A stretch of DNA of 32,000 nucleotides. It comes from Ureaplasma parvum serovar 3 str. ATCC 27815 (lineage in GTDB: Bacteria > Bacillota_I > Bacilli_A > Mycoplasmatales > Mycoplasmoidaceae). Under the pieces are notes generated by a model. It ran no database searches, had not been told where the DNA came from, and saw only the letters and a list, made by a program, of their open reading frames with translations. Both the position numbers and the translations under genes were made by a program. The stretch spans positions 150,001 through 182,000 of the forward strand of contig NC_010503.1 in the NCBI RefSeq assembly GCF_000019345.1. The letters are read 5' to 3'. This document shows, piece by piece, positions 25,458-32,000 of this stretch; position 1 is the stretch's first letter; each line of letters begins with the position of its first letter.

Positions 25458-25757
25458 TTACGCACCTTCTTTCTCTTTCGTATTGATGATTTGATTTAGT
25501 TTTGTTTTTAGAGAAGAATCAATTATTTCCAAGTTGATTTTTAATGATATACCACCAATTAATGATGGATCAACGATAAATTTAATGGGTCTTTCATCGC
25601 CAAAACGACTAATAACAGTTTTTTTAATTCTTTGTTTTTGTTCATCATTCAATTCAAAAGCAGTTTTAATTTCAATAAAACGAGTTTGATTAGAATATGC
25701 TTTTAAACGATTGGCGATAATTTTTGAATATTTTGCTAGTTTAGTATTACTTTGCAT
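25458..25757 (-). CDS. Short F1-ATPase delta-like protein (C-terminal delta region only, 99 aa)
   Basis: [63 protein letters not shown] resembles the atpH C-terminus. Preceded by an AGGAAG Shine-Dalgarno-like sequence. Confidence 0.85.
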
Positions 25758-25766
25758 AATTACTTC

Positions 25767-26306
25767 CTAATTTACCTTTTTTACAATATTAAATAATTTA
25801 GTTTTTAAACTATTATCTAAAACTTGCGATTCAAAATTAATTGAAAGTCCTCCAATAATTGATTTATCAACAACAACAATTGGTTCTATTTTTTCACACA
25901 CATATTTCTTTTTTAAAGATTGCAGAAGGCGATCAATTTGATTTTTTGTTAATTCATAAGCAGTTGTTATTAAAACTTTTTTAACACTTAAAGCTTCATT
26001 AACAAAATCCAAAGCTTTTAAAACTATTTTTTTAAGTAGTTTAACCGATTTAACATCAATTAGTAGATCAATTAAACTAATTAAATAAATATCAATCTCA
26101 CCTTCTAGATTTTTAATCACAATTTGTTTTCTTTCATTACGATCACGAGCAGGATCACCAACAGCTTCAAAAAAAGCTGGAACCTCTTCAATGATAGAAT
26201 TAATTGTTTCCAAATTATGTTTGTATAAATCTAATTTTTTTTCTTCTTTAGCAATTTCAAAAATTGAATAAGCGTATTTTTCAACTGGTTTTAATGAAGA
26301 TTTCAT
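25767..26306 (-). CDS. atpH: F1-ATPase delta subunit
   Basis: 179 aa: KYAYSIFEIAKEEKKLDLYKHNLETI at the N-terminus, VVVDKSIIGGLSINFESQVLDNSLKTKLFNIVKK at the C-terminus. Confidence 0.93.
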   Translation of the reverse strand: MKSSLKPVEKYAYSIFEIAKEEKKLDLYKHNLETINSIIEEVPAFFEAVGDPARDRNERKQIVIKNLEGEIDIYLISLIDLLIDVKSVKLLKKIVLKALDFVNEALSVKKVLITTAYELTKNQIDRLLQSLKKKYVCEKIEPIVVVDKSIIGGLSINFESQVLDNSLKTKLFNIVKKVN

Positions 26307-26309
26307 AAA

Positions 26310-26927
26310 TTATTTTTCATTATTTTCTAATTCTTTAATGAATTGATCAACTAGTTTATCATTATCTTCTCTAGACAATTCTTTTTTCATCAATGCTTCA
26401 GCTGCAATATAAGCAGCTTCACGAGCTTCAGATTGTAAACGTTCAAGATTTTCTCTACGTTCATTAGCAATGCTAATTTTAGCAGAACTAATAATTTTAT
26501 CAGCAGCTTCACGTGCTTCTTTTTCTAATGATTCACGTAAAGTTAATGATTCACTTTTAGCTTTTGCAATAATTTCTAACGTTTGTGCTTGTGCTGCTAA
26601 ATGTTCAGATTTAGCGTTTTCTAAATATTGTAAAGCTTCTTGTTTAGCATTTTCTGCATCTGTAATTTCTTTAGCAATATATTCACGTCTTTTATCTAGC
26701 ATTTTATTTGTTGGTTTTCATACCAATCATAATACTAATGAAAAAACGACACACATTGCAATAACTTGAGCTATAAATACTCATACATTAGGGAATAGTG
26801 TATTAATAATCTCTGCTGGATTTAATTCTGGAATATCACCAGTACATGAAGTCAACAGTGGTACAACTATAATTGATAAAGAAAGAACGGATAATATAGC
26901 TACTAAATGCTTTTTATTTAATTTCAT
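26310..26927 (-). CDS. atpF: Fo-ATPase subunit b, predicted lipoprotein (205 aa)
   Basis: Hand translation N-terminus MKLNKKHLVAILSVLSLSIIVVPLLTSC|TGDIPELNPAEIINTLFPNVWVFIAQVIAMCVVFSLVLWLVWKPTNKMLDKRREYIAKEI. Typical b-subunit TM and coiled coil. Confidence 0.95.
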
Positions 26928-26995
26928 AACGTTACTCCCTTAATTAATTTTCATTATTTTTATTTAATAAATTTATTTAAAAAAAGAAAATACAA

Positions 26996-27325
26996 TTAAG
27001 CAACGAAAATAATTAAGATAGAAACAATAAGTGCATAAATAGCAACAGCTTCAGCCAATGCTAAACCAACAATCATTGTACTTAAAATCTTTGGTTGTGC
27101 TTCTGGGTTACGAGCTACAGCTTGTACAGCATTAGCTGTAGAAAAACCTTGCATTAAACCAACTGCACCAGCTGCTAACATTGTAATTCCTGTACCAATA
27201 TATTTACCTAAGTAAGCAATTCCTGCACCGTTTGCAAGTGAACCTACATTTTCAGAAGCAATTGCTGGTAAATTAGCTTCAATATGTGATGAAATAACAT
27301 TTGTAATATCAATAAATGATGACAT
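26996..27325 (-). CDS. atpE: Fo-ATPase subunit c
   Basis: 109 aa: AGIAYLGKYIGTGITMLAAGAVGLMQG..QAVARNPEAQPKI..GLALAEAVAIYALIVSILIIF, with the conserved carboxylate in helix 2. Confidence 0.97.
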   Translation of the reverse strand: MSSFIDITNVISSHIEANLPAIASENVGSLANGAGIAYLGKYIGTGITMLAAGAVGLMQGFSTANAVQAVARNPEAQPKILSTMIVGLALAEAVAIYALIVSILIIFVA

Positions 27326-27373
27326 AAATATCTCCTAAATATTTTTTAATTTAATTAAACGTTAATAAGTTTT

Positions 27374-28201
27374 TTATAAAACTACTTGAGCCTCATTATT
27401 TTGAATTTGATTTTGAGTATCAAGTTCTGCTAATTTTTTAGCAGCAAGTTTTTCGGCTTTTTTATGCGCAAGATGAGCGTGGTGTTCTTCACCTTCTTTG
27501 ATTTCAAGACCTCAGTTAATACTTGTTAATAATGTAAATACAAAAGCTTGAATTGTTCCTGCAAAACAAGTAAAATAACCAATTAAGATTGGTAAAATTA
27601 CTACTGCAGCAATTAATGATACACCAACTCAAGGAACTACGTTTGTAAAACCTGCAAATGCTCAATATGTTATGTTTAATAAAATTGCAGCAGCAGAGAT
27701 ATTACCTCATAAACGGAATGTTAATGAAATAATAGGGGTTAATTTAGAAACGATTTCCAAAGGGTTTATCATAATTGGAAAACCTTTAATTTTAAAAGCA
27801 AATTTTAAAAAGAATGAAGCTTTTTGGTATTTTAAGGCAACAATTTGACCACCGATCACGGTTCCAAGAGCCATTGCTAATGGAACGGCAGATGCAGTTG
27901 TTGCTTCTTTGAAACCAAATAAAGAAACTAAGTTAGCTGTAAAAATATAACAAAATGTAAATAGTACATAAGGTGCTAATTTAACATGTTTAGCGCCCAT
28001 TGTATCAACAACTAGTCCTCTAAAATAATCAACAATCATTCCAATAATAATTACAAAACGGTTTGGCACATCATGTACAGTTAACTTTTTAACCATACTA
28101 AAATAAATCAACGAAACTGTTCCAATAATTAAAGTTACCATAATGATTGCAGCAATATGTGGAAGTGCAATCATTATATCAAGCGGGCTATAATTTTCCA
28201 C
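27374..28201 (-). CDS. atpB: Fo-ATPase subunit a
   Basis: GTG start with strong SD (GGAGGTGA). KLAPYVLFTFCYIFTANLVSLFGF..FKIKGFPIMINPLEIVSKLTPIISLTFRLW.. Continues through TGA to TAA at 27374. Confidence 0.94.
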
Positions 28202-28226
28202 TGTTTCACCTCCAATGAATAATGAA

Positions 28227-28667
28227 TTATTTTTTTTCTCCTTTATCTTTTTTAATTCCTAAATAAATTTGCATCCCCATTTGGATAAAAAACATAAAAA
28301 ATGTTAAAACAAATAATGAGATGGTCTCAAAAATAGATTGATAAAGGTTAACAAGATTACCAATGATCAAAGGCACTAATATTAGAAAATTAAATAAAAT
28401 GTAAATAGTGCCAAAAGCAAAAAAATTTGCTGGTAATCGACGATATTTTTTGGGATTGACACCTAAATTATTCATTTTTAAACGCTTATTTAATAATTTA
28501 GAAATAATGAAAATTCGTAAAAGTGTAATTCCAAATCCAAAAGGAATAACTAACAAGTAACTATAAAAAAAAGATCAACTAGCTTCTAATAAAATACCCA
28601 AAAAAACAAATACCACAAACGATACTGATAGAAAGGGTAAAAAAATTATTAGATAACTATTGATCAT
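28227..28667 (-). CDS. AtpI-like small multi-TM protein, first gene of the atp operon
   Basis: Extended upstream across TGA to ATG at 28667 (MINSYLIIFLPFLSVSFVVFVFLGILLEASWSFFYSYLLVIPFGFG..). Hydrophobic, about 146 aa, positioned as atpI directly upstream of atpB. Confidence 0.65.
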
Positions 28668-28708
28668 TCTTTTAAGATTCACATTTAATCATTCTCTTTT
28701 AAAAAATT

Positions 28709-28727
28709 AGCCAAAACAAGTTGGCTT
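28709..28727 (-). promoter_or_regulatory. Possible leader hairpin/attenuator of the atp operon
   Basis: Minus strand AGCCAA-CTTGTTT-TTGGCT-type stem followed by AATTTTTT, downstream of a TATAAT-like box near 28732-28745. Confidence 0.4.
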
Positions 28728-28898
28728 GCTTATATTATAAATAAAAAATGATGTTTTTATATATTTTAATTACACGTTATTACTTAAAAAAACGAGTTTG
28801 TATTATAACTATAATAAATTAGTGCTTTTTATTAAAGAATAATCACTAATAAATATTAAATGAATTATTAAAACAAAAGATAAGGAATACAAGAAGGT

Positions 28899-29609
28899 AT
28901 GGATGAACAAATTTTTATTCAATTATTAGAAAACAATCTAACAAATTCAAAATCATATGTGACTCAACCAATAATATTAGAATTTAAAACGGATGTTTTT
29001 TTGATTATAAATCAAATTTTAAAACAATATAAAAAAGGTAAAATTATCAAAAATAATACAAATGAAATTATTTTAGAAATTGATAATAAATTAATTTCTA
29101 TAACAAATTTAGATATCAATAAATTTCATTCGTATCAAATTGTTAATATTAATGAAAATAAAAATATTTATAACGAAAGGAATAGTTTAATTTTATTTGA
29201 TTTAGTAAATTATATCATTGAAAAAAATCAAAATTCTATCAGACACATTAATTTTTGAACGATTCAAATGAGTGTAGTTAATTGAATTTATTTTATTACT
29301 TATAATTTTAACAATTCATATTTAATTGATCCAAATTGAAAAAAATATGTTTTTAAAATTAAAAAAGATGAATCTAAAGGTGTAATTAGTACCAATTTAT
29401 TACATAATTATGGTTTTGTGGATTTTGTTGTACAGTCTAAATCACAGAATTTTTTAAAAGCTTATCGTGTTCAAGATGAAATTCTAAAATCTGTTTTAAA
29501 TTTAGGCGATAACTTAAATAATGAATTTTTAGAAGAAATCATGAGAAAATATGATACATACAAAATAATTGATAGAGATCATAAATATTTAGTGATCAAT
29601 ATTGAATAA
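28899..29609 (+). CDS. Hypothetical protein upstream of smc (about 236 aa)
   Basis: Track ORFs 28899-29258 and 29418-29609 share a frame, with TGA codons between them. ATG start, TAA end. No recognised motif. Confidence 0.6.
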
Positions 29610-29670
29610 ATTATAATATATAAAATATAAATAAAATCTTATTAACTTAAAATTTAAATTAGGAGATTAT

Positions 29671-32000
29671 ATGATTTTTTTAAAGAAAATAGAAGCACAT
29701 GGGTTTAAATCATTTGGGGAGCCAGTTGTTATTGAATTTAAACACCCAATGACTGGAATTATTGGTGCAAATGGAACAGGAAAATCAAACATTATTGATG
29801 CTCTTAAATGAGTAATTGGTGATCAATCATTAAAAAGCATGCGTGCTCATAAAAATGATTTATTGTTTAGTGGTGGAAGATATGCACCGAAAGCCCATAT
29901 TGCACGTGTTAATTTATATTTTAATAATGTTAATAATGTTTTATATACACAACATAAAGAAATTAAAATTTCACGAGTGTTGAATATTAAAACAAACGAA
30001 AATACTTATTATATTAATGATGAAGTTGCTCTTTTAAAAGATATAACAGATATGTTTTTAGATAGTGGATTATCAAAAGGTTCTTTAGGAATTATTAGTC
30101 AAGGTGCAGTGTCATGATTTGCTGAAGCAAAACCGAATGAACGACGAAAAATGTTTGAAGAGGCCTCTGGAATCGGGCGCTATTCAAAGCGAAAGCAAGA
30201 AGCGTTAAATTCACTAAGTCGTGCAAACGAAAATTTAGCTCGTTTAAATGACATAGTTGCTAATTTAAAAAAAGAATTGGCGAAATTACAAAAGCAAGCA
30301 ATGCGTTTTAATGAATATAAACAAATTAAGGACGAATTAACAAAATTAGATTTAGTGATTATAGTACGTGATATCATTCACTGACAAAAACAATTGAATG
30401 ATATTCAAGAAAATTTAAAAGAATATAAAAAAGAATATAATAAACAAAAACCATTAATTCAAAGTAAAAAAAATGAAATTGAAAGTTTACGAGTAATTTC
30501 AGATAGATATGCAAAAGAATACACTAATTTAGAATTTGAATATAAAAAATTAGAAGATACAATAAACGATTTGAATCTTAAATTATCTCTAACTAAAAAT
30601 ACACTTGAAACAACCGCTTTTAATGCAACAAATACACAAGAAAGGATTGATGCTTTTGCTACTTTAATTAAAACAACGGAAATAGAATTAAATAATAATA
30701 AAAAAAATATTAATGAAAAAAAAGATCAACTTAAAGATATTCAAAAACAAAAATTAGAACTTGAATCTCTTAAAACAAAACAAAAAAATAATTTGGATAC
30801 CATCATTTGAGAAATTGCTAGTAAGAATTTAAAAAAAGAAATGTTAGAAGAGCAATTTAAACGCCAAACTGAGAATGAACGTGGTGTAAAAACAATTATT
30901 GATTCACAAAAAGCATTAGTTGGTGTTTATGGAACAGTTGCGCAGAATATTTCTACAAAAACAGAACACGAATTAGCAATAAGTACAGCTTTAGCTAAAG
31001 GAATCAATAATATTATTGTTAAAAACAATCAAGCAGCTGAAAATTGTATTAATTTTTTAAAGAAAAATAATGCAGGTGTTGCTACTTTTTTACCGATTGA
31101 AAATTTGCAGGCTAAAAGCATTAAACCAGAATTTTATGATGTATTAAAAGAATTAGAGGGGTTTGTAGGAGTTGCTAATGAACTAGTAAAAATTAATGTA
31201 AATTATAAAATTTCTATTGATTATCTATTAGGAAATACAATTATTGCTAATAATTTAAAAAACGCTATCATTCTAAGTGAATACACATATAAAAATTATA
31301 AAGTAGTCTCATTAGAAGGTGACATTGTTTTTGGTGGTGGTGCCATTTCTGGTGGAAGTAATAGTAAAAAAAATATTATTTTAAATCTAGAAGAAAAAAT
31401 TAAAGAATTAGATTTAAAAATAAAAAAATTAAATGAAGAACAAATTGAATTAAATAATTTACATAACCAAACAAAAAAGCAATGACAAGAATATTATAAT
31501 AGTGAACAAATTATAAATGGTATTTTAAATAATTTAATTACTACTAACAATAGTCTTTCTGATAATTTAAATAATTATAAAAGTCAATATGAGGCTTTAA
31601 GCGCTACAAAATTGTCTAAAGAAGAGATTGAATCAAAGATAAGTGATAATTGAAATGAATATAATAAAAAAAAGAATGAATTAATTAATTTAAAACAAAA
31701 AATCCAAACTTTAAAAGCAAATTTAAACACTGCTAATCTTAATAAGAATGAATTAGAAATAACATATAATAAGGAGCTTGAAGATTTTTATAATCTTGAT
31801 AAAAATATTACTTCGTGTGAAAGTAATATAGATAATCTAAATTATTCGATTCAAAATGTACAAACAAGATTAGTAGATAATTATAAATTAAGTGTTGAGA
31901 ATGCTATTGAAACATATCAAAATCAAGAAATTGATATGAGTGAATCAGCAGCACGTTTAAGAATCGAAAGTTTAAAAATTGACCTTGAAAAATATAATGA
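29671..32000 (+). CDS. smc: Chromosome segregation protein SMC (5' part, runs off the window)
   Basis: MIFLKKIEAHGFKSFGEPVVIEFKHPMTGIIGANGTGKSNIIDALKWVIGDQSLKSMRAHKNDLLFSGG, followed by EEASGIGRYSKRKQEAL, coiled coil and hinge-region sequence. All track fragments share frame 1. Confidence 0.97.

Noticed and set aside
26470-26769. 99-aa plus-strand ORF antisense to atpF.
   Set aside because: Low-complexity Ser/Ala/Leu product mirroring the coiled-coil gene on the other strand; typical antisense shadow ORF.
29259-29417. Possible compensating frameshifts in homopolymer runs (T run near 29291, A run near 29337) within the ORF upstream of smc.
   Set aside because: I cannot count the homopolymers reliably by eye. 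The supplied ORF track (a shared frame and a GTG start at 29418 after an in-frame stop) is consistent with a single ORF interrupted only by TGA. Machine translation with code 4 would settle it.

Overview
Mollicute chromosomal window. TGA must be read as Trp (genetic code 4): many ORF-track breaks are single in-frame TGA codons inside conserved genes, so I merged those fragments. Gene content resembles Ureaplasma or a related Mycoplasma-like lineage, but I cannot prove the species. Contents in order: 3' end of 23S rRNA, 5S rRNA, DHFR (folA), HAD hydrolase, tRNA-Gly(GCC), upp, a probable SRP/4.5S RNA, tyrS, an ABC ATPase, secA, uvrB, ligA, an ECF S-component-like membrane protein, cysS, an rlmB/SpoU methyltransferase, a minus-strand cassette of a coiled-coil lipoprotein plus a 1084-aa lipoprotein with a C-terminal DUF31/MIP-like serine protease domain, a small membrane protein, an elaborated F1Fo-ATPase operon (atpI-like, B, E, F, H, delta-like, A, unknown membrane protein, G, D, C), one hypothetical ORF, and the 5' part of smc. 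The most interesting signal is the ATP synthase operon. The alpha subunit is extended to 799 aa by an acidic linker and a C-terminal ASCH/PUA-like domain. A standalone copy of the delta-subunit C-terminal region lies between atpH and atpA. A two-TM protein of unknown function lies between atpA and atpG. Subunit b looks like a lipoprotein.
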